Origin: Candidatus Cloacimonadales bacterium
GTDB taxonomy: Bacteria > Cloacimonadota > Cloacimonadia > Cloacimonadales > JAIOQZ01
NCBI GenBank assembly: GCA_963662655.2
Contig: CAXXTU010000002.1
Span: 1,920,001 to 1,984,000 of the forward strand
Reading direction: 5' to 3'
Length of the DNA: 64,000 bases
Numbering within the stretch: the first letter of the stretch is position 1; the number at the start of each line of letters is the position of its first letter. Shown here in pieces: positions 1 through 11,294 of this stretch. The notes under the pieces were generated by a model. The model ran no database searches and was not told the origin of the DNA. It was given only the letters and a program-made list of their open reading frames with translations. The position numbers and the translations under genes were made by a program.

Positions 1-543
1 ATTGTTCTCCCGTGCAATCCTGCGAACCGTTTCCTTGGGCAGATTATCCAGCGGGAAAAGCGTTCTCGCCAGATGCTCCTGGGTCAGACCCCAAAGCATG
101 TAGGTCTGGTCGCGCTCACGGTCTTCAGCGCGGTACACGCAGTACAGGCCATCCTCGTTCCTCACGTTCACATAATGCCCGGTTGCGAAGAAGTCGGTAT
201 CCAGCGCCTGTAAGAACGCACCCCACTTGATCCTCGGATTGCAACGAGTGCAAGGATTCGGCGTGCGTCCAGCCCGATACTCCTCCACGAAATATTCGAT
301 GATCTCGCGCCGGAAATCATCCTGCACATCGACAACGCGGTGAGGAATCCCCAAAGCCCTGCACACATCCCGCGCCTGCTCGATCATCTGCTCCAGCCCG
401 TCCTCGGGAGGGAAGCCCATCGCAGTTGAATCGAAATGCCGCATGGTCGCGCCACGCACATCGTAACCGGCTTCAAGCAACACGATCGCCGCCACGGAGC
501 TATCTACGCCGCCGCTCATGGCAACCGTTACTGTCTGTTTCAT
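1..543 (-). CDS. mnmA: tRNA 2-thiouridine(34) synthase MnmA, N-terminal part (runs off window start)
   Basis: Not in the ORF track. Manual translation from ATG at 543 gives MKQTVTVAMSGGVDSSVAA...GRTPNPCTRCN...ATGHY...DQTYML, the MnmA SGGxDS, PNPCxxCN and ATGHY motifs. Confidence 0.95.
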   Translation of the reverse strand, partial: MKQTVTVAMSGGVDSSVAAIVLLEAGYDVRGATMRHFDSTAMGFPPEDGLEQMIEQARDVCRALGIPHRVVDVQDDFRREIIEYFVEEYRAGRTPNPCTRCNPRIKWGAFLQALDTDFFATGHYVNVRNEDGLYCVYRAEDRERDQTYMLWGLTQEHLARTLFPLDNLPKETVRRIARENN

Positions 544-591
544 GGATGTTCCTTCCATTCCGCTGTCTTGACGTTTACTGCCAACTCGCTG

Positions 592-720
592 CCCGGAGGC
601 AGATTCGTTCGATCCGCGTCCTCGGCGTGGTGTTTCACAGCCTTACCACCTTACTTCTTTCATTCGTAAGGGTGTGGTATATCCACGGCGAGGACGCGGA
701 TCGGGCGAAGGTGCCCCGGG
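592..720 (+). repeat. Structured intergenic repeat, family 1, copy A
   Basis: Long imperfect hairpin with conserved arms CAGATTCGTTCGATC...GATCGGGCGAAGRTG. Related copies at 30373-30500 and 42995-43228. Confidence 0.85.
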
Positions 721-744
721 GCAACAACTTCGTAAACCGACTCC

Positions 745-2001
745 CTATCCCTTTAATCGCGTGATATCGGCTCCGAGCTTGCACAGCTTCTCGTCGATAT
801 TCTCATACCCGCGATCAATATGATAGATGCGGGATATCTCCGTCTTCCCGTTTGCCGCAAGCCCCGCCAGAACCAGTGCTGCACTGGCACGCAAATCGGT
901 TGCCATTACCTGAGAACCGCTCAAATTCTTCACGCCGTTCACGACAGCGATGTTCTTGTCGAGCTGGATATCGGCATGCATGCGATTCAGCTCCGCCACG
1001 TGCATAAAGCGATTGGGGAATATCGTGTCTTCGATTACGCTGCTGCCGTCGGCGATGGTCATCAGTGCCATGAACTGCGCCTGCAAATCGGTCGGGAAAC
1101 CCGGATAGGGTTGCGTCGTGAAACGCATCGGCTTGATTCCGCCGTCAATCGGATATATACGAATCGAGCTCTCGTCCACATCCAACTTGAATCCGCTCTC
1201 GCGGAGCTTTCCGATGGGCCCGCGTATGTGCTCGGGATTGCAATTCTCCACCGTGATATCGCTGTTCGTGATCGCCCCGGCGATAAGCATCGTCCCCGCT
1301 TCGATCCTGTCGGGAAGCATATCCGTCTCCACCGGTTGCAGCGCTTTGACGCCGCGAATCCGCAGGTGATTCGTATCCTTGCCCTCAATATCAGCGCCCA
1401 TCAAATTCAGAAAATCTACCAACGCGCCGATTTCCGGTTCCAGAGCGGCATTCCATATGTCGGTTATTCCATCGGCGAGAACCGCCGCCATCAGTGTGTT
1501 CGCCGTCGCGCCCACACTGACCTTCTCGAAAACGATATCGGCCCCTTGCAACCCCTCGGTGCGTGCAATGATGTACCCGTGCTCGATCTTGATCTGCGCG
1601 CCCAACGCTTTCATCGCCGAAAGATGCATATCCACGGGACGCGTTCCGATCGCGCAGCCGCCCGGGAACGACACATCCGCTTCATGAAGCCTTGCCAGAA
1701 GCGGACCCAACACGTAGATCGAGGCCCGCATCTTGCTCACCAACTCGTAAGGAGCTTCCGTGTAGGTGCAGTTCGTTGAATCGATGATCAACGTGTCCCC
1801 TTCGAAGTCGACCCGTGCGCCAATGATACGCAGCAAATGCGCCATCATCTTCACGTCGTTGATCTGCGGGACATTGTGCAATACGGTTTTGCCCACTGGG
1901 AGCAGCGCGGCTGTCATCAAAGGGAGGGCTGCGTTTTTCGCGCCACTGACGCGTACGCTTCCATGAAGCTTTTTACCGCCCTGAATCACAAATTTATCCA
2001 T
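745..2001 (-). CDS. murA: UDP-N-acetylglucosamine 1-carboxyvinyltransferase
   Basis: GAKNAALP, PGGCAIGTRP (catalytic Cys), PGFPTDLQ, ATDLRASAAL and HIDRGYE motifs. Confidence 0.98.
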   Translation of the reverse strand: MDKFVIQGGKKLHGSVRVSGAKNAALPLMTAALLPVGKTVLHNVPQINDVKMMAHLLRIIGARVDFEGDTLIIDSTNCTYTEAPYELVSKMRASIYVLGPLLARLHEADVSFPGGCAIGTRPVDMHLSAMKALGAQIKIEHGYIIARTEGLQGADIVFEKVSVGATANTLMAAVLADGITDIWNAALEPEIGALVDFLNLMGADIEGKDTNHLRIRGVKALQPVETDMLPDRIEAGTMLIAGAITNSDITVENCNPEHIRGPIGKLRESGFKLDVDESSIRIYPIDGGIKPMRFTTQPYPGFPTDLQAQFMALMTIADGSSVIEDTIFPNRFMHVAELNRMHADIQLDKNIAVVNGVKNLSGSQVMATDLRASAALVLAGLAANGKTEISRIYHIDRGYENIDEKLCKLGADITRLKG

Positions 2002-2018
2002 AATTCCTTCCGTATAAA

Positions 2019-2861
2019 TTATTGCCTTTCAATCACAGCAATGCGATCCATCTCGTTGTAATCCTTGATAATCTCTATCTTTGAAAAACCATTCTCGCCA
2101 GATAGCTGTTGCATCGCCTGAGCCTGCTTCGAGCCGATCTCGAGCAAAATCTTACCTCTTACGTCAAGAAATGCACCGGCTTCGCGCAGTATCTTCCGAT
2201 ACACGTCCAATCCATCCTCGCCTGCGGTTAGCGCAAGCCTCGGCTCGTATTTTGTGATCTCGGGCATGAGGGTTTCATACTCACTGTCAGAGATGTAAGG
2301 TGGATTGGAAATAATCAAGTCAAATTTTTGCTTCGGTACATTTTGATAGACGTCCGATTCGACAAACTGGATGTCCACGCAGTTCATGATCGCATTCTTT
2401 TCAGCCACTTGCAGCGCATCATTCGATACATCGCACGCAACGATTTCTATTCCCGGAAATTGCTTTGCGATCGCGATCGATATCGCCCCCGTACCGGTAC
2501 CTATCTCCAATATCTTCGCACTGAACGTGCAATAACCTATCGCCGTTTCCACCAGTCGCTCGGTCTCGGGGCGCGGAATCAGCACCCTGCGATCAACCTC
2601 CAGACGGTAACCGTAGAACTCCGTGTATCCCTGGATATATTGCAGAGGCTCCCTGTTGGCCCTCCGCACCACCATCGATTTCAGACGATCTCTTTCGGTA
2701 GGATTCAGGGGTTGCTCAAAGCGGAGGTAGATCTCCAGACGCGGAATACCGAGCACCTCGGATAGCAGATGCTCCGCCTCCAGCCTCGGATTGCCGATGC
2801 CTCGCTCGAGGAAAAAATCGGTTGTCCATTTCAGGACTTCAAGGATGGTCCAGAGTTTCAC
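2019..2861 (-). CDS. prmC: Peptide chain release factor N5-glutamine methyltransferase
   Basis: EPLQYI, VLIPRPETE, EIGTGTGAI and SNPPY motifs. GTG start overlaps the upstream TGA. Confidence 0.96.
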   Translation of the reverse strand: MKLWTILEVLKWTTDFFLERGIGNPRLEAEHLLSEVLGIPRLEIYLRFEQPLNPTERDRLKSMVVRRANREPLQYIQGYTEFYGYRLEVDRRVLIPRPETERLVETAIGYCTFSAKILEIGTGTGAISIAIAKQFPGIEIVACDVSNDALQVAEKNAIMNCVDIQFVESDVYQNVPKQKFDLIISNPPYISDSEYETLMPEITKYEPRLALTAGEDGLDVYRKILREAGAFLDVRGKILLEIGSKQAQAMQQLSGENGFSKIEIIKDYNEMDRIAVIERQ

Positions 2862-3769
2862 AAATCTTTGAAGTGTTTTTCAATGATGATCGTTCTTCCG
2901 CCGTGCTCGAATGAAACCGAATCGGCAAGTGTGCGAATAAATGTGATGCCCCGGCCAATATGCTCCAGCGAGAAGACGGAAAGGTCCTTTTTCAGATGAG
3001 ACTCGAAGTCGAAGCCTGCTCCCGTGTCGCTGACCCTGATCCTGATCAGCCTGGTCTGCGGTTGCATCGAGCAATTGATATCGATCCGGTGGTCCTTCAT
3101 CTCAGGTTGGGAAAATCGATTATCCAAAAATTCATTGTAGTCCGGGATATCCTGATGCCTTTCATCGGGTTTGATCTGCAAAATACCGTGAATCAGCGCG
3201 TTCTGCACCATCTCGTCGAGGCAGAGCTCGAGCGTGGACATCGCCGCTGGGGGCATTCGTATATCACCAAGAAATGTTTGAACTACGTTCGATGCAATGT
3301 GGGGCTGTGCAAGCCGATTTCCCTGGAAGCTGAAGGACATGGTTATCTCGTTGAGGGCCTTCAATGCGGATTTACGAGCGCTTTCGTTCTGCTGCTCCTG
3401 CAATTGCTTGCGAATCATATCCAGCAGTGTGGTGGGATTATCGGGCTTCTCGATTACATCATGAACGCCTGCGCGGATGGCTCGTACTGCATAGGATGAA
3501 TTGATCTGATCGACAAGCAGAATCACGGGCAGTGATTTGCGCACCGATTTTTTAATGCGATCGAGAAGCTCGATTCCGTCGATCTCGGGGTGTTCGTCAC
3601 GTATCAGAACAAGATCGAAGTGAGAATATGATACACGATTAAGGGCTTTGGCCGTTTCGGTTGCATTCTCCAGATAATACCCGTTCCATTGGAGGGGATT
3701 CTGTAGAAGCCTGTATGCATCGCCAGAGCGATCAACGATTAGAATGCGAAAACGCTGTTCGGAGTCCAT
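2858..3769 (-). CDS. Degenerate receiver domain fused to an RsbW/SpoIIAB-like HATPase_c (anti-sigma/Ser kinase-like)
   Basis: N-terminal REC-like fold. C-terminal EMVQNALIHG, VSDTGAGFD and GRGITFI boxes. Confidence 0.8.
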   Translation of the reverse strand: MDSEQRFRILIVDRSGDAYRLLQNPLQWNGYYLENATETAKALNRVSYSHFDLVLIRDEHPEIDGIELLDRIKKSVRKSLPVILLVDQINSSYAVRAIRAGVHDVIEKPDNPTTLLDMIRKQLQEQQNESARKSALKALNEITMSFSFQGNRLAQPHIASNVVQTFLGDIRMPPAAMSTLELCLDEMVQNALIHGILQIKPDERHQDIPDYNEFLDNRFSQPEMKDHRIDINCSMQPQTRLIRIRVSDTGAGFDFESHLKKDLSVFSLEHIGRGITFIRTLADSVSFEHGGRTIIIEKHFKDL

Positions 3770-3777
3770 CCTCTTCT

Positions 3778-4083
3778 TTACATATTGATTGAGAAAAGCT
3801 GATCGAGTTTTATGGTTGTAAGGAGTTCATAAACGATCGGAGATGATTTCACGATCTCGATTTTACCATCGCGGGTCATGAATTCCTTATAGAATATCAG
3901 GAGCTTGCCGATACCGGAGCTGCTAATGTTTTTACAAGCGGAAAGATCCAGCTCGAGAAGTGTCGCATCCGAATCAAGAACCTCGCTTAGCTTGTCCTTG
4001 AAAATGTACGCATTGTCGCTTGTGATCGAACCTTCGACCATGATCTTCGCTTTTTTACCTTCTAATTGCAGAACTAATTCCAT
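3778..4083 (-). CDS. STAS-domain anti-sigma factor antagonist
   Basis: 101 aa. LDLSACKNISSSGIGKL matches the STAS phosphoserine motif. Confidence 0.88.
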   Translation of the reverse strand: MELVLQLEGKKAKIMVEGSITSDNAYIFKDKLSEVLDSDATLLELDLSACKNISSSGIGKLLIFYKEFMTRDGKIEIVKSSPIVYELLTTIKLDQLFSINM

Positions 4084-4122
4084 CAGTACCCCCTTGACTA
4101 AATCGTGTAGGATCGAGCTATA

Positions 4123-6216
4123 TCAATAGCCACGCAGTTTTCGTATAATATTCTCTTGAATCGTAGAAGTCACCTTCTCGTATTTCAAAAATTCCATTGT
4201 GTAGATGGATCTCCCTTGCGAAAGAGACCGGAGCTGTGTCGCATAACCGAACATCTCGCTCATCGGTATTTCACAAACGATTTCCTGTTTGTTGAGCTGC
4301 GGCCGGATCATCTCGATCTTGCCGCGACGCGAATTGATATCCCCAATGATATCGCCCACGAACTCTTCCGGCGTTATCACCGAAACGAGCATGATCGGCT
4401 CCATCAAGCACGGACTGCATTGGGGGAGTCCTTTGCTTACGGCCATGGAAGCAGCGATTCGGAACGCGGTTTCGCTGGAATCCACCTCATTGAATCCGCC
4501 GTCGATCAATTCGATTTTCACTCGCTCGACCGGTGCACTCATGAGCGGGCCGTCCATGCACGCGCTGACGGCGCCATCTTCAATCGCTTCCCAGAATATG
4601 TGCGGGATGGTTTGTTCACTCACATGATTCTCGAAGACGATTTTCTTCCCTTTAGGTAAATCATCCAGCGCTAATGGTGTCAAGCGTAATTTTACAATAG
4701 CGTAATGACCCTTGCCTCCCATCTCGCGGATGAATTCCGCGTACTCGTCATGCACCTTGTTGATGGACTCCTTGTACGCGACCTGCGGGGTGCCCACGTT
4801 CGCCGCGACACCGAACTCTCGTTTGAGGCGATCAACGATGATGTCCAGGTGAAGCTCACCCATTCCCGAGAGCAACGTCTGTCCCGTCTCCTTGTCCTGA
4901 CGGACGCGGAAGGTCGGATCTTCGTCCTCCAGCTTACCCAGGGCGACGTGCAATTTCTCTTCGTCGGCCTTGGTCTTTGGCTCGATGGCGATCGAGATCA
5001 CGCCATCGGGGAATTCGATCGGTGCAAGTAGGATGTTGTTCCCGTCTTCCACCAGCGTATCGCCGGTCGAGACCATCTTGGGTCCGATCACCGCCGCGAT
5101 ATCTCCTGCCGTAAGTTCGTCGATATCGTTCTTACGGTTGGAGAACATCTGGACGATGCGCCCGATTCGCTCTTTCTTGCCGTTAGACTGGTTGAAGAAC
5201 ACATTGCTTTTCTTGATCGAACCGGAATAGACGCGCACATAGAGCAGCTTGCCTACGTACTTGTCATTCTGTACCTTGAAAGCCAGCGCGGAGAACTTAC
5301 CCGATCGATCCGTCTTCACTTGAACTACGTCTCCGGTACCTCTGTCGATTGCTTCGGTTGGCGGAACTTCCGATGGCGACGGCAAGTAATTGACGATCGC
5401 GTCCATCAGAAGCTGAACCCCGGTATTGCGGAGTGAGGATCCACATAAAATCGGGATAAATCCGTCTCGAATCGTCGCGTTTCGGATAACCTTGAGCAGG
5501 AAATCGGGGTCGATATCCTCGCCTTCCAGAAATCGTTCCATCAGTGTATCGTCAGATTCGCTGAGGGCTTCGAGCAGTTGCTCTCTCGCCTCCTCGGCGG
5601 CATCGAGGTAGTCTTCGGGAATCTCGTCTTCGGCGTAGTTGAATCCAAGCGTCTGGTGATCGAATTGGTACGCGCGCATGGTCACCAGGTCGATAATGCC
5701 CGAGAAGTTCTCTTCTTTACCGATCGGCAACTGAATGGGATAGGCTTTCTTGGTAAGGCGCTCGTTGATCATTTCTACGACAACGTCGAAATCGGCGCCC
5801 ATACGATCAATCTTGTTAACAAAGGCGATACGGGGAACCTTGTAACGATCGGCCTGATGCCACACCGTTTCCGATTGCGGTTCCACACCGCCCACCGCAC
5901 AGAAAATGCCTACCGCGCCGTCGAGCACTCGCAAGGAGCGCTCGACTTCTGCGGTAAAGTCCACGTGACCCGGGGTATCGATGATGTTGATCTGTCGATC
6001 TTTCCAGAAGCAGGAGGTTACAGCGGAGGTAATGGTGATACCGCGCTCTTTTTCCTGCTCCATCCAGTCCATGAAAGCGGTGCCGTCATGGACCTCGCCC
6101 ATCCTGTGCAGATAGCCCGTATAGAACAGGATCCGCTCGGTGGTCGTCGTCTTACCGGCATCGATGTGTGCGATGATGCCGATGTTCCGGATCAGTGATA
6201 AATCAATGGGAGGCAC
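4123..6216 (-). CDS. fusA: Elongation factor G family protein (str operon copy, divergent domain IV)
   Basis: [25 protein letters not shown] and GMGELHL motifs. Follows rpsL-rpsG. GTG start. Confidence 0.95.
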   Translation of the reverse strand: MPPIDLSLIRNIGIIAHIDAGKTTTTERILFYTGYLHRMGEVHDGTAFMDWMEQEKERGITITSAVTSCFWKDRQINIIDTPGHVDFTAEVERSLRVLDGAVGIFCAVGGVEPQSETVWHQADRYKVPRIAFVNKIDRMGADFDVVVEMINERLTKKAYPIQLPIGKEENFSGIIDLVTMRAYQFDHQTLGFNYAEDEIPEDYLDAAEEAREQLLEALSESDDTLMERFLEGEDIDPDFLLKVIRNATIRDGFIPILCGSSLRNTGVQLLMDAIVNYLPSPSEVPPTEAIDRGTGDVVQVKTDRSGKFSALAFKVQNDKYVGKLLYVRVYSGSIKKSNVFFNQSNGKKERIGRIVQMFSNRKNDIDELTAGDIAAVIGPKMVSTGDTLVEDGNNILLAPIEFPDGVISIAIEPKTKADEEKLHVALGKLEDEDPTFRVRQDKETGQTLLSGMGELHLDIIVDRLKREFGVAANVGTPQVAYKESINKVHDEYAEFIREMGGKGHYAIVKLRLTPLALDDLPKGKKIVFENHVSEQTIPHIFWEAIEDGAVSACMDGPLMSAPVERVKIELIDGGFNEVDSSETAFRIAASMAVSKGLPQCSPCLMEPIMLVSVITPEEFVGDIIGDINSRRGKIEMIRPQLNKQEIVCEIPMSEMFGYATQLRSLSQGRSIYTMEFLKYEKVTSTIQENIIRKLRGY

Positions 6217-6243
6217 AAGTACCTCGCAATCCTTATATCAATA

Positions 6244-6714
6244 CTACCAGCGAAGATGTGCGAAAGCCTTGTTGGACTCCGCCATCTTGTGGGTATCTTC
6301 ACGTTTTTTTATACTGGAGCCTTCTTGTTTGTAGGCTGCCAGAAGTTCTCCCGCAAGGCGATCCTGCATGGTTTTCTCGGAACGCTTCTTCGCGTAGCCG
6401 ATAATCCAGCGGAAGGCGAGCGCTTGCGCGTTCTTCGCGTTCACTTCAATCGGAACCTGGTAGTTCGCACCACCAACGCGCTTGGAGACCACTTTCACCA
6501 GCGGACGCACGTTTTCGAGTGCCTGATTGAACACTTCCATCGCGTCTTTCTTGGTCTTCTCTTCGATGATTCCCAACGCATTGTAAACGGTTCTTTCCGC
6601 GATGCTCTTTTTGCCACGACGCATCACGTTGTTTATGAACTTACTCAGAATCACACTCTTATATTTGGGATCCGGAAGAACGACTCTTTCCTGTATTTTT
6701 CTTCTTCTCGACAT
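6244..6714 (-). CDS. rpsG: 30S ribosomal protein S7
   Basis: RVGGANYQVP and HKMAESNKAFAH motifs. Confidence 0.99.
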   Translation of the reverse strand: MSRRRKIQERVVLPDPKYKSVILSKFINNVMRRGKKSIAERTVYNALGIIEEKTKKDAMEVFNQALENVRPLVKVVSKRVGGANYQVPIEVNAKNAQALAFRWIIGYAKKRSEKTMQDRLAGELLAAYKQEGSSIKKREDTHKMAESNKAFAHLRW

Positions 6715-6726
6715 CTTATTCCTCCA

Positions 6727-7101
6727 CTACTTCTTGGGTCGCTTGGTTCCGTATTTGGAGCGAGACTGGGTGCGGTTGTCAACACCGCTTGTATCCAGTG
6801 CACCGCGAACGATATGATAGCGAACACCAGGAAGGTCTTTAACACGACCACCGCGAACGAGAACGATCGAGTGTTCCTGCAGGTTGTGGCCTTCGCCTGG
6901 GATATAAGCTGTTACTTCGAAACCGTTGGTCAATCTGACCCTGGCGACCTTACGGAGCGCCGAGTTCGGTTTCTTCGGGGTTTGGGTATAGACCCTGGTA
7001 CAGACGCCACGACGCTGCGGGCATCCCATGAGCGCACGATTTTTCTTTTTCTTCTTAATCGTGGTTCTTCCTTTACGCACTAACTGATTGATTGTTGGCA
7101 C
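6727..7101 (-). CDS. rpsL: 30S ribosomal protein S12
   Basis: [10 protein letters not shown] and [10 protein letters not shown] motifs. GTG start. Confidence 0.99.
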   Translation of the reverse strand: MPTINQLVRKGRTTIKKKKKNRALMGCPQRRGVCTRVYTQTPKKPNSALRKVARVRLTNGFEVTAYIPGEGHNLQEHSIVLVRGGRVKDLPGVRYHIVRGALDTSGVDNRTQSRSKYGTKRPKK

Positions 7102-7127
7102 GTTAGTCCTCCATTTCTTTGTTATTT

Positions 7128-10100
7128 TTAGTAATTCATCAGATCGTCAAAATCCTCATCGTCTCGATCGGCAAGAAATTCGTTTACGATGTCCTTAACG
7201 CTCTTGCCGTCACCCGCCTTATCGCGGATCAAGTTCGAGTAATATTTTGTTCCCGTACCAACCGGGATCCTGTGTCCGAGGATTATGCTTTCTTTGAGGC
7301 CTTCGAGATTATCTACTCTTCCCTCAATCGCTGCCTGGGTTAAGACCTTCGTCGTTTCCTGGAACGAAGCTGCTGAAAGCCAACTATCTGTCAAGAGAGA
7401 AGCTTTCGTAATTCCCAGGAGAAGCTGTTCGAACGTGGCGCCACTGCCACCTTCAGCTTCGATTCTTTGATTTTCCGCAAGCACGGCGTGCTTGTCAACA
7501 ATTTCACCTTCCAGGAACAGTGTATGGCCCGGATCGACGATTTTCACCTTCTGGAACATCTGACGGATAATCACGCCGATGTGCTTGTCGTCAATCTTCA
7601 CGCCCTGTTTCCGGTAGATTTCCTGGATTTCGTTCAGAATCAACATCTGAGCGGAGATGATACCTTTCGCCCGGAGGATATCGTGCGGATCGAGCGGCCC
7701 ATCGGAGAGCGCGTCACCACTTTCCACGATATCACCCTGGTGAGCGATGATACGCTTTCCAGGAGGAATAATGTACTTTTTCTCCACGCCTTGCTCAGCC
7801 GTCACATAGATGATACGACCGTGCTTGGTGTAGTCGCCGATGGTCACGCGACCATCGATTTCGGAAATAATCGCCTTTTCCTTGGGAATGCGAGCCTCGA
7901 AGAGGTCCTGCACGCGCGGCAGACCACCCGTGATGTCTCGCTGCTTGACGGTGATTCTGGATGTCTTACCGATGCTGGTACCCGGATAGACGTGCGTGCC
8001 GTCTTCCACATCGATTTTCAGACCGGTCGGCAGAGGAATCTGGTCGACTTCGTTGTTCTCGCCCACGATGGTAACCTGTGGCTGATACTTGCGGTCCTTC
8101 GATTCGATGATGGTGATTTCGCGGGATCCGGTGAGGTCGTTGAATTCTTCCTTGTACGTAAGGTCTTTCACGAAGTTCTCGAACTTGATGCGACCCTTGC
8201 GTGTGGCCAGAAGCGGGTTGTTGTAATGGTCCCAGGTGAACAGTTTCGTGTCCGGGAATACCTTCTCCCCTTCGTGAATCAGGATGGTTGAGGCGTACTC
8301 GACCTTGAACTCTTCCAGAACGACATCTTCCGGATTGTTTTCATCCATGATCTGCACTTTACCAAGGTGACTGATCGCGATGGTCTGGCCCATCTGGTTG
8401 GTAACGGTGTTCATCTTCTCGAAGCGAACGATACCTTCCAGGTTCGCGCTGACTTCCGCGATGTCAACGTCGGTACTTGCAGTACCACCGATATGGAACG
8501 TACGAAGCGTAAGCTGCGTACCGGGTTCGCCGATGCTCTGGGCAGCGATGATACCCACCGGTTCGCCAATGGTGACCGGCTTGTGCGTCGCGAGGTTACG
8601 TCCGTAACATTTCGCACAGATACCCTTTTCGGTCTCGCAGGTGACAACGGAACGGATGCGTACTTTCACCACGCCGTGTTTCTCGATTTTACGAGCCATG
8701 TCGTTGGTGATTTCCTCGCCGCCATGGACGATAACCTTATCCGTAACCGGATCGATTATGTCTTCCGCCGCCGTACGTCCCTGGATACGATCAGACAGGG
8801 ATTCGACCACCTCAAGTCCTTCCTTGAGCGCCGTGACTTCGATACCCTGAATGGTTCCGCAATCGGGTTCATTGATAATGGCATTCTGCGCAACGTCCAC
8901 AAGACGACGTGTCAGGTAACCCGCGTCGGCAGTTTTGAGCGCGGTATCGGCGAGACCCTTACGAGCGCCGTGCGTGGAAATGAAGTATTCCAGAACGCTC
9001 AGACCTTCCTTGAAGTTGGCCTTGATCGGGGTTTCGATAACCTGGTGAACATCGCTCGTGCTACGCGTCGGTTTGTCCATCAAACCACGCATACCGCCAA
9101 GCTGCTTGATCTGGTCCTTACCGCCACGAGCGCCGGAATTGTACATCATGTAGATGGAATTCAGGCCTTCGTGGTCGAGTTCGAGCCGCTCCATCAACGA
9201 GTTTGTCACTCGCTCCGTCGCGATTTTCCACTTGTCGACCACGCGGTTGTAACGCTCGGTATCGGTAATACCACCCTGCAGGTAGCTGTCGATAATCTCT
9301 TTCACTTCGTTTTCGGCACGCTGGATGATTTCCTTCTTTGCGTCGGGAACCACAACGTCCGAAATACTGAATGTACAGCCGGCCTTGGTCGCGTACTTGA
9401 ACCCGATTTCCTTCATCTCGTCGAGGAAGAGGGATGTCTTGTACTGCCCCACGGCGTTCATACATTTCATCGCGATGTCGTTCAGCTTGCCTTTGTCGAA
9501 CGTGTAGTTCTGGTAAGGCAGCTCTGTCGGCAGCGCTTCGTTGAAGAGAATTCGACCCACGGTCGTTGTGACGAACTTGCCGTCCATTTTCACGCGAATC
9601 CAGGAGTGGAGTTCCAGCTTGCGACCCTCTCTCGCTTCACCCTTCACGTTGTGAAGCATCTCTGCACGCTCGAAGGCGAGCATCACTTCTTCTTTCGATA
9701 CGAAGTGCGGAAGCTTCTCGTCGGGAGGCGTTTCGCCGGGCATCGTGGTGGTGATGTAGTAACTACCCAGCACGATGTCCTGGTTGGGAGCCATCGCGAG
9801 CTTGCCGTTCGCCGGCAGGAGGAGGTTTCTGGAGGAGAGCATGAGAACTCTCGCTTCCATCTGCGCTTCTCTTGAGAGCGGAACGTAAACCGCCATCTGG
9901 TCGCCGTCGAAGTCCGCGTTGAACGGAATACAAACCATCGGATGGAGCTGAATGGCCTTGTTCTCGGTAAGAACGGGCAGGAAGCCCTGGATACCGAGTT
10001 TGTGCAACGTTGGCGCGCGGTTCAGCATGACCGGATAATCCTTGATTACGTCCTCGAGGATTTTCCATATCTGAGGTTGCTTCTTCTCGACCAGCTTCTT

Positions 10101-11282
10101 GGCTGTCTTGGTCTTCTCCACTTCACCCATCTTCTCGAGCCGTTCGATGATGAAAGGCTTGAAAAGCTCGACCGCCATCTCTTTGGGGAGACCGCACTGG
10201 TTGATCTTCAACTGCGGGCCCACCGTGATCACGGAACGCCCGGAGTAGTCGACGCGCTTACCCAGAAGATTCTGGCGGAAGCGCCCCTGCTTACCCTTGA
10301 GCTGATCGGTGAGCGATTTGAGCGGTCGGTTGCCTCTTCCCTTTACGGGACGGGACTTGCGTGAGTTATCAATGAGAGCATCGACCGATTCCTGGAGCAT
10401 GCGCTTCTCGTTGCGAAGAATCACTTCGGGTGCGCGAATTTCCAAGAGGGTTTTCAGACGATTATTTCTGGTAATAACGCGACGATAGAGGTCGTTGAAG
10501 TCAGCCGTTGCGAAACGACCGCCGTCCAGCGGCACGAGTGGACGCAGGGTGGGCGGAAGAACCGGCAGGACTTCCAGAACCATGTTTTCGCATTTGTTAC
10601 CGGATTTTCTAAAAGCGTCGACGATCTTGAGTTTCTTGATCGCCTTTTGTTTCTTCATTGCGGAAGTTTCCATCTTGATCATGGCGCGGAGGTTCATCGC
10701 CTCTGCTTCCAGATCGAGTTCTTCCAGAAGGAGCTTGATCGCTTCAGCGCCCATCATGGCCCTGAAGTTCGATCCGACCTTGTCGCGAATCTCGTAGTAT
10801 TCGTCGGTGTCGATGAGATCCTTCTTCTCGTAGTCGCTGTCGCCGGGATCGAGCACGATGTACGATTCGTAGTACAGCACGCGTTCCAGCTTGCGGATGG
10901 TGAGGTCGAGCAGCGTACCGATCTTGCTCGGAGCGCTCTTGACGAACCAGATGTGCGCAACGGGAACCGCGAGCTCGATGTGTCCCATGCGGGAACGGCG
11001 AACGCGGGATGTCGTCACTTCCACGCCGCAACGATCGCAGATCGTGTTGGCGAATCTTTTCTTTTTATACTTTCCACAGGAGCACTCGTAGTCCTTTTCG
11101 GGCCCGAATATCCTCTCGCAGAACAAGCCTTCTTTTTCTGGCTTCAGAGTACGGTAGTTCAGTGTATCCGGCTTGGTTACTTCACCGTAAGACCATTCCC
11201 GGATCGCCTCCGGGGATGCAATCTTGATGCGAACATTGTCGTAATGTTCGATTTTCTTTTCTCTTTTAATCTCTCGTATCAC
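7128..11282 (-). CDS. rpoC: RNA polymerase beta' subunit
   Basis: NADFDGDQM catalytic motif, [10 protein letters not shown] and Zn-binding cysteines. Confidence 0.99.
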   Translation of the reverse strand: MIREIKREKKIEHYDNVRIKIASPEAIREWSYGEVTKPDTLNYRTLKPEKEGLFCERIFGPEKDYECSCGKYKKKRFANTICDRCGVEVTTSRVRRSRMGHIELAVPVAHIWFVKSAPSKIGTLLDLTIRKLERVLYYESYIVLDPGDSDYEKKDLIDTDEYYEIRDKVGSNFRAMMGAEAIKLLLEELDLEAEAMNLRAMIKMETSAMKKQKAIKKLKIVDAFRKSGNKCENMVLEVLPVLPPTLRPLVPLDGGRFATADFNDLYRRVITRNNRLKTLLEIRAPEVILRNEKRMLQESVDALIDNSRKSRPVKGRGNRPLKSLTDQLKGKQGRFRQNLLGKRVDYSGRSVITVGPQLKINQCGLPKEMAVELFKPFIIERLEKMGEVEKTKTAKKLVEKKQPQIWKILEDVIKDYPVMLNRAPTLHKLGIQGFLPVLTENKAIQLHPMVCIPFNADFDGDQMAVYVPLSREAQMEARVLMLSSRNLLLPANGKLAMAPNQDIVLGSYYITTTMPGETPPDEKLPHFVSKEEVMLAFERAEMLHNVKGEAREGRKLELHSWIRVKMDGKFVTTTVGRILFNEALPTELPYQNYTFDKGKLNDIAMKCMNAVGQYKTSLFLDEMKEIGFKYATKAGCTFSISDVVVPDAKKEIIQRAENEVKEIIDSYLQGGITDTERYNRVVDKWKIATERVTNSLMERLELDHEGLNSIYMMYNSGARGGKDQIKQLGGMRGLMDKPTRSTSDVHQVIETPIKANFKEGLSVLEYFISTHGARKGLADTALKTADAGYLTRRLVDVAQNAIINEPDCGTIQGIEVTALKEGLEVVESLSDRIQGRTAAEDIIDPVTDKVIVHGGEEITNDMARKIEKHGVVKVRIRSVVTCETEKGICAKCYGRNLATHKPVTIGEPVGIIAAQSIGEPGTQLTLRTFHIGGTASTDVDIAEVSANLEGIVRFEKMNTVTNQMGQTIAISHLGKVQIMDENNPEDVVLEEFKVEYASTILIHEGEKVFPDTKLFTWDHYNNPLLATRKGRIKFENFVKDLTYKEEFNDLTGSREITIIESKDRKYQPQVTIVGENNEVDQIPLPTGLKIDVEDGTHVYPGTSIGKTSRITVKQRDITGGLPRVQDLFEARIPKEKAIISEIDGRVTIGDYTKHGRIIYVTAEQGVEKKYIIPPGKRIIAHQGDIVESGDALSDGPLDPHDILRAKGIISAQMLILNEIQEIYRKQGVKIDDKHIGVIIRQMFQKVKIVDPGHTLFLEGEIVDKHAVLAENQRIEAEGGSGATFEQLLLGITKASLLTDSWLSAASFQETTKVLTQAAIEGRVDNLEGLKESIILGHRIPVGTGTKYYSNLIRDKAGDGKSVKDIVNEFLADRDDEDFDDLMNY

Positions 11283-11294
11283 TGAATCCTCCGT

